Positions 1 through 18,579 of a DNA stretch of 64,000 nucleotides are shown one piece after another (position 1 is the stretch's first letter; every line of letters starts with the position of its first letter). This DNA is from the human T2T-CHM13v2.0 reference genome, Homo sapiens. The stretch covers positions 31,808,001-31,872,000 of the forward strand of contig CP068257.2 of assembly GCA_009914755.4 (NCBI GenBank). The letters are read 5' to 3'. Below the pieces are notes generated by a model. It saw only the letters and a list, made by a program, of their open reading frames with translations, searched no databases and was not told the origin of the DNA. The translations under genes and the position numbers were made by a program.

Positions 1-1030
<1,030 letters not shown>

Positions 1031-1100
1031 ACTAAAGTTAAAAGGTCTGGTATACTGAACTGGTAAACTAATTACAATTTTGCTTTCCAACCTCCTCAAG

Positions 1101-1235
1101 TATTTAAAAGACCCAACTCAGCCCATCTTAGAGGCCTTGGACAAGGACAGCTCACCAAAGGATGACGTCTGGGACTCTGTGTCCATTATCTCGTTTCCGG
1201 AAAAGGAGCAAGAAGATGTTCTCCAAACGCTTTGA
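1101..1235 (+). CDS. IFNGR2: IFNGR2 last coding exon (C-terminal 44 aa + stop)
   Basis: Acceptor ..tttccaacctcctcaag|TAT. Translation YLKDPTQPILEALDKDSSPKDDVWDSVSIISFPEKEQEDVLQTL* matches the IFNGR2 C-terminus as I remember it. Confidence 0.85.
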   Translation, partial: YLKDPTQPILEALDKDSSPKDDVWDSVSIISFPEKEQEDVLQTL

Positions 1236-1757
1236 ACCAAAGCATGGGCCTAGCCCACTGGCTCCCTGGAAGAGATCAAGCCATCGGAGCTGCTAGAGTT
1301 CTGTCTGGACTTTCCAGAGACCAGTATTCCCTTTTGCTGCCTCTAAAAGGCCTGTCCCTGCAGACATGAGAGACAGCAGGTCTCATGGGGGTGACAAGCT
1401 TTTTTTTTTTTTCTTAAAGAATTTTCAAAATCAAATTCCAGAATGATTTTACGGAGATATCCCAGGAAAATTAAGGCTTCTCTTAAACACTAAAAAGGCA
1501 TGTAATTGCTTGTTAGCAAAATGGATATGACACATCTCTGATACTTTTTTCATTATTGGTTGGGCTGAGCAGTCAGAAGACCTGGTCGTCGTCTTGACTT
1601 TGGCAAATGAGCCGGAGCCCCTTGGGCAGGTCACACAACCTGTCCCAGCGAGGGACACCGAGTGGCCCTTCATGTACATCCATGGTGTGCTGGCTTAAAA
1701 TGTAATTAATCTTGTAAATATACTCCTAGTAATTTAAGATTTTGTTTTTAAACTGGA

Positions 1758-1763
1758 AATAAA
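1758..1763 (+). terminator. IFNGR2: candidate IFNGR2 poly(A) signal AATAAA, with a U/GU-rich stretch about 20 nt downstream
   Basis: ggaAATAAAag, followed by tgttttttaaagtctatgtgaagtgtttt. This would give a 3'UTR of about 550 nt. Confidence 0.4.
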
Positions 1764-1971
1764 AGATTGTATAGTGCATGTTTTTTAAAGTCTATGTGAA
1801 GTGTTTTCTTTATTGTAGCCTATTTTCTGCAGAGTTTCAGCTTTCTAAAATTACTCAATCTAAACTTGTTTTTTCTTAAATAACACCTGCTAGAGCTACT
1901 GAGGCCTCATGGGAACTCAGCAAACACTTCCTATGGATGTCACTTGATCCTCCAAAGGTTATAAAGAAGGC

Positions 1972-2570
<599 letters not shown>

Positions 2571-2788
2571 TATAAAAGTTATAAGGGGGATTTGCAGAAG
2601 GCACATTAGCACTTCATTTATATGTGACAAGTCACACTGTGTTGACCAAGGCAGGGATTTGTGGGCAATAAAGAGAATTAACTGATTAATCAATAGTAAT
2701 GTTATCTACTGAGCACGCAAGTCATCTGATTGTGTCAGTACTGTCGGGCTCTGTTGTTCAAAGGATATGTATTTAAAATCCATTTATA

Positions 2789-3300
<512 letters not shown>

Positions 3301-3634
3301 AAAGTGGCTAACTCTCTTAAGTGTTGTGTACCATGCTGTCTGCAGTGGCAAGAGTTAGAAAAACAAGGCCCACTCCCACCCCATGCACACAAGTCTCCCT
3401 GTGAAGCATCTGTTGTATGCATTAGGTGCACCTTAAGTAGACAAGTTTGGAGGAAGAAGTTGTAGATAGGAGTTGTAAAGACTTACCTTAGACCGTTCAG
3501 GAAATCGGAGACAGAAGAGCTTCTTCTGTTGGGCAGCAGGATGGTGGCCAGCGAGGAGTGGAGGATACATCTATAGCAGGAGAACAGGAAAGAGTTTCAG
3601 CCCAGCAGGACAGAGGGCAAATCAACTCTGTTAG

Positions 3635-3953
<319 letters not shown>

Positions 3954-4039
3954 TAAATAGTATTTTCTGAAATGAAATGCCTCATTCTCCTTAGTAAAAT
4001 AAATGACTAATTGATGGGATTAGTATTTACACTGTCAAG

Positions 4040-4374
<335 letters not shown>

Positions 4375-4574
4375 TTATAAATAATCCGTTGACAGGGCAT
4401 AATCCATAACCTACTTGCCAAATCAGCCCATTCCCTGTTTTTGTAAAACCCGTGTGCTAAGAATAGCTTTTACATCTTGGAATAGTTAAAGTCAAAAGAA
4501 GAATATTTCATCACACATGAAAATTCTATGATATTCAAATTTCACTGTTCATAAATATTTATTAGAACCCAGAA

Positions 4575-5201
<627 letters not shown>

Positions 5202-5220
5202 TCACATAAAATGGACTTCT

Positions 5221-5534
<314 letters not shown>

Positions 5535-5902
5535 TTAAAGAAGCCTGCATAGTCACTATGGCCACTATGTCTTTGAAGTGCCACAACAGAGAGAGGCTCT
5601 CTGAAAGGAAATGATACTGATTTGGGAATAGGGTATTACAAGGGGAACACGTGTGCCAGAGTAAACTATGTACATATTTAGGAAGGTGAAGGAAAACAAA
5701 GGTTCTTAAAGGAAAAAATGAGGATTAGATCACTGTTTTAAGATAATTATCCTTGGCTATAAGGATCAATAGCAAGGGGGATGCCATTCCAAGGTTAGAC
5801 AGGCAGTTGTTGGGCAGATGTCCTCATAGAAGTGTTTGTTGTGTAAGGCGGTGAAGGGCTTTGTGCAAGGTTGAGATTTTTGCAGTCTTTTGTGATCATT
5901 TT

Positions 5903-6203
5903 TATTTATTTATTTATTTAGAGACAGAGTCTTGCTCTGTCACCCAAGCTGGAGGGCAGTGATGCAATCACAGCTCACTGCAACGTCTGCCTCCTGGATT
6001 CAAGAAATTCTCCTGTCTCAGCCTCCTTAGTAGCTGGGACTACAGGCATCCGCCACCATGCCTGGCTAATTTTTTGTATTTTTAGTAGAGATGGGATTTT
6101 GCCATGTTGCCCAGGCTGGTCTTGAACTCCTGACCTCAAGTGATCCACCTGCCTCAACCTTCTAAAATGCTGGGATTACAGGCATGAGCCACCACGCCCG
6201 GCC
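5903..6203 (-). mobile_element. Alu (reverse)
   Basis: (ttta)n + gagacagagtcttgctctgtcacccaagctggagggcagtg...gagccaccacgcccggcc. Confidence 0.9.
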
Positions 6204-6913
6204 TTGTGATCATTTTTGTTATCAAGCATTTTTGCATGAGAATCCTTCATGGCCTTCCCCAGCTCTATTTGTCAGGGTTTTTTATTTGTTTGCTTGTTTG
6301 TTTGAAGCACAAGTGACTCCATTTTGATTCTGACAACTTCCACACTATGCAGTCACATCTCTGAGGCGCCCAGAGCCCTTCAAAATATATTTGCTGTTTG
6401 CCAAATAGTCTCTATTTGAGATGAGAACATCCCCAGCTGTCCTTCTGTTTGATGAGAAGTGAGACTCCACCCCAGCAGCTTCCGGAGATGCAGTCATGCC
6501 TCCCCACCCTTCACTGCCACTCCCAGCCTCCCTTGAGACTCAAGGACTGTCCCACGGGAATGAAGTGAAAGTGACGTCTTTCTCCTTGTTTCCAGTCTGT
6601 GGTGAGGGAAAACAGCTGGCTACGCTTGAGAGGGTATGGAAACTGGTCAGAGTGGTTACTTGGGACCTGGGGCCTCAGAGCCACCCGTTGCTAAGGAGAG
6701 GACTCTGGTCAGGGCAACTTGCCAATGCTCTAGGAATGACACCTAGACATTCCTAAAAAATGATAGCCTAAAAATTCATCCCATTGTAGAAATACAGGCA
6801 GCACTAGCTTCTCTGGGCCCCTCAGTTATCAAAAAAAGAGGAGGGAGGCAGACCCTCAGGGTTACTTTACATCCATATACCTAGCTACAACATAAACATC
6901 AAATGATATGTGG

Positions 6914-7225
6914 CCAGGCGCGCTGGCTCATGCCTGTAATCCCAGCACTTTGGGAGGCAGAGGCAGGCAGATCACTTGAGGTCAGGAGTTCGACACCAGC
7001 CTGGCCAACATGGAGAAACCCCGTCTCTACTAAAAATACAAAAATTAGCCAGGCATGATGGTGCATGCCTGTAGTTCCAGCTACTCAGTAGGTTAAGGCA
7101 TGAGAATCGCTTGAACCTGGGAGGCGGAGGTTGCAGTGAGCAAGATCGTGCCACTGCACTCCAGCCTGGGCTAACAGAGAGAGACTCTGTCTCAAAAAAA
7201 AAAACAAAACAAATCAAAACAAAAA
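6914..7225 (+). mobile_element. Alu
   Basis: ggccaggcgcgctggctcatgcctgtaatcccagc... Confidence 0.9.
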
Positions 7226-8052
7226 GCACAACATATGATATTAATGATTTTCCTTGAAATTAAATAGTGGTATGAGTAACAATGTATAATAACTGTAAAT
7301 ATTAATTCAACTCGTTTCATTTCTACATTCAGGTGAATAAAAATATCTGATCTATTCTCTGTGGGTAATAAGAGTATTTTTGTATCTGAAAAGCCTAAGA
7401 GAGGGTCAAACCCTTAAAGAGCTGGTAAGTCCAGGTAGGAGGACCCTGAGGTCCTTGGAGATGGGCAGGTACAAAATTTTGCCTGGCATAAAATTCAATT
7501 AATCAATCAAACTAATGTGTTTCTTGACTATTTACTTTCTGAAATTTTCCTGTGACCCTTAATACAACTGTGAGTACCTTCAAGTGTCCTCCAGATCCAG
7601 ACACTTCTCAAGTGGCCAGCCCCATGCTAACTACTAAAATAGTGGAGCACCAGTAGTCGGGGCTGTGGGTACATTCCTGTAGGCTGTGCACCGCACAACC
7701 CCACAGGTGCTGTTGACCTAAACAGAACACAAAGGCACACAGCAACTGCTAGTAGTCCTGATACGTAAGCCACTCAAGTTCCAAATGCCTAGTCACAGAA
7801 GACAAAGACTGAAGAACCATTCCAAATATTAGAGACACTGCAGGGATATGACGACTAAATGCAACGTGTGACCATGGGCAGGATCCTGCCACAGAAAAAT
7901 AGTATTTTTCTTTACTATAAAGTACATTACAGGGGTAATCTGAAGAATTTGAATAAGGCACAAAGTACTGTATCAATGTTAATTTTCTGACTTTGGCATC
8001 GTATCGCAGTGATGTTTGGGGGGAAATATACACAGGATTCAAGGGTAAGTAA

Positions 8053-8471
<419 letters not shown>

Positions 8472-8537
8472 TCTTTGTGCTATTTTTATAACTCTCCTGG
8501 TAAGTCTGATGTAATTTCAACATAAAAAGTTAATCTC

Positions 8538-8838
<301 letters not shown>

Positions 8839-8929
8839 CTAAACTCACAACTTCCATGGTGGGAGGGAAGTACACTGATCACACTGAATAATGTTTTTGG
8901 CACCAGGAGTAGAAACTGTTGGAGCACAG

Positions 8930-9115
8930 ACCTGTACTATAGTCCCAGCTACTCGGGAGGCTGAGGCTGGAGGGTCACTTGAGCTCAAGAGTTCCAGGTC
9001 GAAGTGTGCAATGTTCATGCCTGTGAAAGCCACTGTACTCCAGCCTGGGTAAAATAGTGAGACTCCATCTCTTTACAAAAAAAAAAAAAAAAAGAAAGAA
9101 AAAGAAACAAAAGAA
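8930..9115 (+). mobile_element. Alu fragment (right arm)
   Basis: ..gtcccagctactcgggaggctgaggctggagg...ccagcctgggtaaaatagtgagactccatctc + A-tail. Confidence 0.7.
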
Positions 9116-9120
9116 ACTGC

Positions 9121-9375
9121 TGGCTGGGTGCAGTGGTTCATACCTGTAATCCCAGCATTTTAGGAGGCTGAGGTAGGCAGATCCTTTGAGCCCAGGAGTT
9201 CGAGACCAGCCTGGGTAACATGGTGAAACCCCATCTCTACAAAACATTAACAATTAGCCAGGATGTAGTGGCATGCACCTGAGCTACTTGGAAGGCTGAG
9301 GTGGGAGGATCGCTTGAGCCTGGGAGGTGGAGGGTGACAGAGTGAGACCCAGTCTCAAAAAAAAAAAAAAAAAAC
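9121..9375 (+). mobile_element. Alu
   Basis: ggctgggtgcagtggttcatacctgtaatcccagc... Confidence 0.9.
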
Positions 9376-9792
9376 CAGAAACTGCTGCTGGAAAAGAGCA
9401 CAATTTACATCCTTTTTGGAGAGCTCTCTGGTTTTATGTCTAGACCTCTGGGGTGGGGAAGAGGTCAACATGCTCCCCAAATCAAAGACCCAGCACTCTC
9501 TACACTGGCATAATCCATGAGGGTCTAGGCAGCCTGTCCTGCCATACTTACTCAAAGAAATTTAAAATATCCTATCTGCCACAGCTGAAAGAATTGAAGA
9601 GGCATTTACTGCTATCCAAAACCCTAAGTAAAATTACTTAAGCTGTGATAAAAGTGCTACAAAAAAATGCTCTGGCAGGCTCTAAACTTGGAAGTCTTGT
9701 TTTTCTTAGCATGGCATGCCACCTTGTGGCAAAAAGCTAAAAAGTCATCAGATGAGAAAGGAAACATCCCTTCAAAAGTCATCATAAGAAAT

Positions 9793-10080
9793 GCCGGGCA
9801 CGGCGCCTGTAATTCCCTGCACTTTGGGAGGCCAAGGCTGGCGGATCGCTTGAGGTTAGAAGTTCGAGACCAGCCTGGCCAACATGGCAAAACCCCATCT
9901 CTACTAAAAATACAAAAACAATTAGCCAGGCGTGGTGGCATGTGCCTACAATCCCAGTTACTTGGGAGGCCAAGGCACGAGAATGGCTTGAACCCAGGAG
10001 GCTGAGGCTGCAGTGAGCCACTGCACTCCAGCCTGGATGACAGAGTGAGACTCTGTCTCAAAAAAAAAAGGAAAAAAAAA
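9793..10080 (+). mobile_element. Alu
   Basis: gccgggcacggcgcctgtaattccctgcactttgggaggcc... Confidence 0.85.
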
Positions 10081-10407
10081 GCCTACTTGTGTGAATCACT
10101 TATTATTTCCAGGAACTTTGTTAAGCATTTCCTCAGATTAATTCTCAAACATACTTACAGACAGGGAAACAGTCTTGCAGTCAAATAGCTAATAAATGGC
10201 AGTGCCAGAATAAGGGAATAAGGGAGAAGTAAACCAACCTAAACTTAAATCCATAGGCCTCCGAGAATCCCAGCGCCCAAACCACAACTGTCTAGTAACA
10301 ACGCAATTGGAAGAATTCTTCCTACTGTGCCCTCCTGCCACCATTTTTATTCCCCATAATCAGGCTGGCCACAGGCTTTTCCCAAAGCCAGCCATGCCCA
10401 CACCTAA

Positions 10408-10809
<402 letters not shown>

Positions 10810-10908
10810 CCAAATTACATTTTTCAACATGTTCCAGGAGATAAATTTCCAAGTCTCAGTAATAGAAAACACCATATAATTGACACCCTCCTCCTAAAGA
10901 CATACAAT

Positions 10909-10915
10909 ACACACA

Positions 10916-10950
<35 letters not shown>

Positions 10951-10955
10951 AAACC
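10909..10955. repeat. (AC)n microsatellite followed by an A26 run
   Basis: acacacacacacacacacaca then aaaaaaaaaaaaaaaaaaaaaaaaaa. Confidence 0.9.
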
Positions 10956-11003
10956 TCTAAGAAAGAAAAGAACTTTACAGAATTTTAAAAAGGTGTTTTG
11001 GAG

Positions 11004-11518
<515 letters not shown>

Positions 11519-11589
11519 TCAGGTACACCTTCAGGGCCACCAGTGTTCTAAAAGCAACTTGGGAAAGGTGCAACTAAATCTAAAAAGGA

Positions 11590-11720
11590 GAGCTGAGTGT
11601 GGTGGTGCACACCTATAGTAGACTGAGGGGAGGACTGCTTGAGCCAAGGAGTTCAAGGCAGTAGTGAGCTATAATCACACCACGGCGTTCCAGCCTGGGC
11701 AAGAGTAAGACACTGTAAAA
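11590..11720 (+). mobile_element. Alu fragment (right arm)
   Basis: gagtgtggtggtgcacacctatagt...ccagcctgggcaagagtaagac. Confidence 0.65.
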
Positions 11721-11955
11721 AGGACTCCATAAAAAAGAACAATGAAAACAAAGACTCCTGAGTTGATGTTGTGACTGAAAACCCTTCCACTGGGGAAAAA
11801 TGTAGAGATCATGAGTTCAATGCACCCATGTCAAACCCTCTGGGGGCTCTTGCTCAAGGGGCCAAATTATATGGTTTGATATCATCAATCTTTCAGTCTT
11901 CCAATTTCATTATGTTGATGCAAATCAATGTCAAGTCAACGTCTTGTGTATAGAA

Positions 11956-11956
<1 letters not shown>

Positions 11957-12008
<52 letters not shown>
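11957..12008. repeat. compound (CA)n(TA)n microsatellite
   Basis: (ca) repeated about 20 times, then tatatatatata. Confidence 0.95.
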
Positions 12009-12261
12009 CTGGAAAAATACAGCCTCTGGGTTTTTACTCAGTGGCAACAGCACAAGGAATACAAGGATCTTAGAGCAATAAAATGGAATACTCTGATAAT
12101 ATTGGTCCACACACAAAAAACACTCAGATTCAATGACCACTGAATCTATGTGACAGCTTGAGAACCTTAGTAAGGGAATCACATGCATTTGTAGATGATT
12201 ACCAAAGATTCTGCCCTAACTCATAATATTTCTAAGAGTGGATACTAACATTATCTCTTTT

Positions 12262-12568
12262 ATGTTTTTATTTATTTTTTATTTTCTAGACGGAGTCTCG
12301 CTTTGTCACCCAAGCTGGAGTGCAGTTGCACGATCTTGGCTCACTGCAACCTCTGCCTCCCGGGTTCAAGCAATTCTCCCTGCCTCAGCCTCCCGAGTAG
12401 CTGGGATTACAGGGGTGCACCACCACGCCTGGCTAATTTGTTGTATTTTTAGTACAGACCGGGTTTCAGTATGTTGGCCAGGCTGGTCTCGAACTCCTGA
12501 CCTCATGATCTGCCCGCCTCGGCCTCCCAAAGTGCTGGGATTACAGGCGTGAGCCCCCACGCCTGACC
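12262..12568 (-). mobile_element. Alu (reverse)
   Basis: ..gacggagtctcgctttgtcacccaagctggagtgcagttgcacg... Confidence 0.9.
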
Positions 12569-12639
12569 ACATTATCTCTTTTTTTAAAATGAAGAAACAG
12601 AAAATTAAGTGATTTGCTCACAACTAAAAAACAAATTCA

Positions 12640-13020
<381 letters not shown>

Positions 13021-13039
13021 CATTTTTTTTTAATTAACC

Positions 13040-13200
13040 AGACATAATGACACGTACCTGTGGTCCCAGCTGCTTGGAAAGCGGAGGTAAGAGGATTGCC
13101 TGAGCTCCAGCATTTGAAGGTGCAGTGAGCTGTGGTTGCACCACTGCACTCCAGCCTAGGCAACAGAGTGAGATATTGTCTTTAAAAAAAAAAAAAAAAA
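13040..13200 (+). mobile_element. Alu right-arm fragment
   Basis: ..tggtcccagctgcttggaaagcggaggtaagagg...ccagcctaggcaacagagtgagat + A-tail. Confidence 0.7.
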
Positions 13201-14195
13201 TTCATGGCAGAGTCAGAAATAGAAAAAAACAGCCACCATTTCCAGTCAGTCTTCAGGGAAACCTTCAATAACCCTCACATAAGCATTTTACAAGTCTATT
13301 TCTTCTTATTTTATAAACATAACTGCATCTTTAATTGGGTATACTTGAATAATTGAAAACTGAACAGCAAATCAATTTTTATGGTTCATTTTCTCCAACA
13401 AACAACAATATTAAACTGTATGAGAAGTAATATTTATTGCAACAGGTTATGAGGTGGAAACAAATAATTAGTCTTACAATTTGCTAGAAGCATGACAGAG
13501 CTTACTAACATTTTGAAGAAAAAACAGCAAAGAAAGAAGTCATCAAACAAGATGGTATCTTGACAAAGGCACAGCGCTCCACAACTGCTTCATACTCTGT
13601 GCACAAGAAATCCTCTCAAGAGAGAGGAGAGGAGTGATGCCAAATGGGCTTACATTAGAGCCGTGGACACTACCACTGGTATTATTCATACAACCAAGGC
13701 TCTACAACACCCCTCTGGAGAAAAAGTGCAACACAAAATCTGTGTAACAAAGGAAAGCAAAAGTAGCAATAAGGGCCCAGAGGAATACAAACAGTGCAAA
13801 TACAGTACTGCAAACTCAGTAAAAGGAGTTTTTGATTGGAGTATGAACTTTCAAGTTGAAGATATATTTCACAGGAATATTCACCCAAAGCTTGAGAGCT
13901 AGAGCGAGGAGAGACTTGCAGTCGGTAACTGAGTAGATGAAATGCATAATTTTTCACTAGGTGATAATTCCCTTTGGGAAGAAGTGCTTTATCTTTAATT
14001 ATTCCACTTTTTGTTAAATGGTTCATGCTTTTAAACTGCGATTGTCTCAAACTTGCTTGCTATTGAATTGTGTAACATCAGATAATGGCAAGTTGTCAAA
14101 AGATAACCCCAGTGGATATTTGAAGCTGCTTTTACGAGAAGCATGGTGCTGAGCTGCCTTACACAGTCTTTTTACAGTAACCATAAAAAACTGAG

Positions 14196-14201
14196 TTTAT
14201 T
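14196..14201 (-). terminator. TMEM50B: candidate distal TMEM50B poly(A) signal AATAAA on the - strand
   Basis: + strand gagtttatttgatc corresponds to gatcAAATAAActcagttttttatggttactgtaaaaagactgtgtaagg on the - strand (signal plus GU-rich element). This implies a 3'UTR of about 0.9 kb. Confidence 0.3.
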
Positions 14202-14431
14202 TGATCATGTATTATCCCTTCTCACATAAAGTCATATTAGAGGAATTCTTTTTAAAAGAAGCTTTCAAACTAGTCCTTTGGGCATTTAAAAAATCATTAT
14301 ATAAAAGTACACTTCTTCAATACATAAGAACAAATATTTTTTCTTTACCAAAAAAACCTCATTTTTAGGCCAAAATAAGTTACAACTTGCTGAAAACCTT
14401 TTATGGCTCAGTGCTCATTCTAGATATATGA

Positions 14432-14772
<341 letters not shown>

Positions 14773-14991
14773 GAGAGACAAGAGTGGTTACTTCTAAAAT
14801 GACAAGATGATGTAACCCTGGCTCAGGGAGTAGATCAAGTTCTAAATCTCAGGAATAAAAAACTGATACTCATTATCCAATTCATATAGTCTTGTATTAT
14901 ATACATATTAACAGTCTATGCAATGAAAAATAAAGAAATTTCATAAAACTATTTCAAAACTCAGAACATAAAAATGTAAAGAAACAAAACA

Positions 14992-14997
14992 TTTAAT
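14992..14997 (-). terminator. TMEM50B: candidate proximal TMEM50B poly(A) signal ATTAAA on the - strand
   Basis: + strand tttaat corresponds to ATTAAA on the - strand. The - strand continues gttttgtttctttacatttttatgttctgag, a GU/U-rich downstream element. Confidence 0.3.
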
Positions 14998-15093
14998 GTA
15001 CAATCTACTCCATTTGGCAATGTGTACTGAGAGATAAAAAACCTATCTACAAACAGAATATAACAAAAGGAAAATGTGACTTAAGAAGTGATC

Positions 15094-15139
15094 TCAGGTC
15101 CATAGCTCTTCGGTTCTTCCAAATTTGTAGATCAGAGTG
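15094..15139 (-). CDS. TMEM50B: TMEM50B terminal coding exon (phase 2 start; ..STLIYKFGRTEELWT*)
   Basis: On the - strand: ctttctag|CACTCTGATCTACAAATTTGGAAGAACCGAAGAGCTATGGACCTGA. The stop codon is the reverse complement of tca at 15094-15096. Confidence 0.85.
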
Positions 15140-16099
15140 CTAGAAAGATAGGAAAACAAATCATGAGGAAAAAACCGATGGAACAAGCAACACAGAATTC
15201 ATTTTCTCAATATGCTTTGACAGGTACTTCACTGATTCCTATCAATTTTAAAAATTAAATTAGACATCATGGCAGTGTTGGTCTTAATTTGCTTATTTTG
15301 TAAAGCAGTCTGTTAACTACGATGGCTAAGCATAACTGTATTCTTTCTTAAGGCCTGGGAAGTTATTAACAGGCAACTTGTAAGGAAAAGAGACATTTCT
15401 CTATGACTCAGAAACAAAAAAATGAATCAATAAATCAAAAGAAAAAGGGAGAGAGACCATTCTCATAGTGACAGGCATTAGGGCCATTTTATGTCTCCAG
15501 GAGCCTACCATATCTAAATTACAGTAACTGAAGCACCCTACAACAGACCATGCTGCAATTCTTCATTCCTTCAACAAATAATTATTGTGCACTGAAAAGT
15601 GGCTACGTACCAAGCACCTAAGTGCTGGGGTGAGACTGAGTCCAGACAAACTTGCTCCCTAATGGAGCTAAGGGTCTAATAAGGAGACAATCAAATAAAT
15701 ATAAAATTCCACCTATAAAAAAATGCTATAAATGAGAGGTGCACAGTATCCTCAGAGTGAAACATAAGGATCAGACCTAGTTAGAGAGGTCAGGAAAGGT
15801 TTTCCTGAGGAGTGGTGACTGAATTGAGATCCAAAAGAAGAGGGGGAATTATCTCGGCAAAGTGAGAGAGGATAAGGAGGCGGGAGCAGAGAGATGGGAC
15901 ACTCCAGGGCCATGAGTTGAGCTGTGGGCATACTAAATGTTTTGGATTTGAAATGTCAGCAACCCAAGAAGGGATGTGAAGTAGGAATCTGGATATACGG
16001 TTTAGGCCTGGAAAGGGACATCTGTGACTCACTGGCATATAAGCAATAATTGGAGTCCTAAGTACACATGAGTTCACCCAGGGACAGAAAAATAACAAG

Positions 16100-17360
16100 G
16101 AGTTTCTTAAGGCCAAGAACAGCTTTAAGAGACTTCAAAAGGTAGTAGGCAGGGAGTGGAGGATCAGCTTGCAAGGAAAACAGAGGAGTGACCAGAGATG
16201 TAAATAAAAGAGGTTGTACCCCAGAGCTTAGAACAGGTCCAGCACACAGGAAGCATACAGGCTGCCTGATAACTTGCCAGCCTCTGGGCAGAGCACATAG
16301 ATGACACAGCTGTCAACTATGTCCACCTGAGCATACAAGGTTTCTGTTCATCCAATTGTCATTTAAGTGGATTCATCTACCACCACAAAGTGTTGAATCT
16401 GAACTTAATCTCTAAAGACTGCCTAAAATGTCTTCATAACAACTTACCATATCCCCAGAAGGCTGTCAGTCACATGTCTTTGACATATAAGACAGCAGAA
16501 ACTGCCAAACATCTTTCAAAACCAGGAGTGTCAAGGCCACAAGGCGAAATCCAGGTAGAGCATGGTGGTCTGAGAGTGGAGGGAGACCACATGGCTAGAG
16601 TTTGCCATGCAGCGTACAGACAGCCACACAGAGGGAACGCAGGAGATCTGCAGGGGGTGCTCCTTCAGTCTGTGGCTGAGTACTGAAGAGTCTATACATA
16701 AGAGGAAACTACCCAAGGGAAGGAAAGAACCACTGGAAAGAACATGTCCCAGAGCTACCACAAGGCTGGAAGAGAGTTCATACTCTCACAAGTCGAGTAG
16801 AGAAACCTCGGAATACATGAAGCATCAGAGAGTGGAAACACTCAAAGGGTATGACTGCCTTAGTAGGGGGACAAATCAGTCCTGGGCTACAGCTGCTCTG
16901 GTCCTGCCTATAACAAAGCTTAAGAGACATAAAAGGATCAAATTGTTTCTGATTGTTTCTGAGTCACCTAACTGCATCCCAAAACAAAGCTTAAAAACAT
17001 TTAAAGGACTAGCAAAGATCCAGTCCCAACAAATTGTATGCAAAGCACCAAATAAGGGAAAATAGGTCCAAAATGAAGAGTAAACAGAAGCAGAAAAAAT
17101 CAGTAGAAGCAGATGCAGAAATGACACAGACAATTGGACAAGGACCCTGAGATAGCTATAAATATACTCTGTGTGTTCAAGGTGGAAGAGGGCATGAGCA
17201 TGTTAAGGGAAGACATCAGAAATATTTTTAAAGACCCAATCAAGCTTCTAGAGAGAGAAAATACAATGTCTGAGATGAAAAAATCATTGGATGGCATAGA
17301 TTAGACATTGCAGAAGTAGAGATTAATTTATTTAATTCTTCAAAGTGACAATAGAGAGAT
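16100..17360 (+). mobile_element. ancient L1 (L1M-like) 5' region / ORF1 fragment
   Basis: The 17200-17330 region encodes ..DIRNIFKDPIKLLERENTMSEMKKSLDGID.., which is L1 ORF1-like. It is interrupted by the Alu at 17373-17666. Confidence 0.45.
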
Positions 17361-17372
17361 TAATTTTATTTA

Positions 17373-17666
17373 TTTATGTATTTATTTATTTTGAGATGAA
17401 GTCTCGCTCTGTTGCTCAGCAATGGTGTGATCTCAGCTCACTGCAACCTCAGCCTCCCGGGTTCAAGTGATTCTCTGGCCTCAGCCTTCCGAGTAGCTGG
17501 GATTCCAGGCATGCACCACCATGCCCAGCTAATGTCTGTATTTTTAGTAGAGATGAGGTTTCACCATGTTGGCCAGGCTGGTCTCGAACTCCTGACCTCA
17601 AGTGATCCACCCGCCTTGGCCTCCCAAAGTGTTGAGATTACAGGTGTGAGCCACCATGCCCAGCCG
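17373..17666 (-). mobile_element. Alu (reverse), inserted in the old L1
   Basis: (ttta)n + gagatgaagtctcgctctgttgctcagcaatggtg... Confidence 0.9.
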
Positions 17667-17699
17667 AGATTAATTTTAAAATGTAACAATAGAAACTAT

Positions 17700-18085
17700 C
17701 CAAACTGAAACACAAACAGGAAAAAAAAATCTGACCATTAGCAAGCTGTGAGACAACTTCGAGCAGCCTATTATAACCTGTAATTGAAATCCCAGAGGGA
17801 GGGTGCAGTGGATACAAAAAATGCTTGAAGAAATAATGGCTGAGAAGAATCTAGATTTATTGATGAACTATAAACCTATAGATCCAAGAAACTCAATATA
17901 CACCAAGCAGAAGGAATATCAAGAAAACTAGACCACAGTACATCGTAATCAAATTACTTAAAACCAGTGACAAAAGCAAAGTTTTTCAAGGCTTAGAAGT
18001 TACTTAATGATTTATGGGGGATGGGGACAGAGGCAGATAAAATTTTATAAATATATACCTAAATATCCTATGTTGACATTAAAAG
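17700..18085 (+). mobile_element. ancient L1 ORF1/ORF2 junction fragment (continuation)
   Basis: ..nlqlrpsiitgimkd-like L1 sequence: aacctatagatccaagaaactcaatatacaccaagcagaagg..acaaaagcaaag. Confidence 0.4.
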
Positions 18086-18097
18086 ACATTCATTCTA

Positions 18098-18396
18098 GGC
18101 TGGGCATGGTGGCTCACACCTGTAATCCTACCACTTTGGGAGGCTGAGGTGGGCAGATCACTTGAGGTCAGGAGTTCGAGACCGGCCTGGTCAACATGGC
18201 AAAACCCCATCTCTACTAAAAATACAAAAATTAGCTGGGTGTGGCAGTGCATGCCTGTAATCCCAGCTACTTGGGAGGCTGAGGCACGGAATTGCTTGAG
18301 CCTGGGAGGCAGAGGTTGCATTGAGCTGAGATTGCACCACTGCACATCAGCCTGGGCAACAGAGCGAGAATCCAGCTCAAAAAAAAAAAAAAAAAA
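18098..18396 (+). mobile_element. Alu
   Basis: ggctgggcatggtggctcacacctgtaatcctacc... Confidence 0.9.
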
Positions 18397-18579
18397 GACA
18401 TTCATTCTAAAAAGCATAGAATGGACTTCATTTTGGGGATATTTTAGAAGACTGCCCCTAAAAAATACTTTTAATATTGGTTTATTTTTCCACTTACTTT
18501 AACTTTTCTTAAAAGGGCATTCAGAAAACAGAATTTCCCAACAGGTTTTGTATATAATATGCATACTATGTATTAATTA

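Noticed and set aside
13450-14160. Unique block with a 79-aa + ORF (MDTTTGIIHTTKALQHPSGEKVQ...) and a 122-aa - ORF
   Set aside because: It has no recognisable domain, splice signals or poly(A) signature. It is more likely part of an extended TMEM50B 3'UTR or an intergenic spacer. I could not support a feature call.
16390-17300. 98-152 aa ORFs (16390..16686, 16607..17065)
   Set aside because: They fall inside an ancient L1 remnant, with ORF1-like peptide further on. They are decayed transposon coding sequence.
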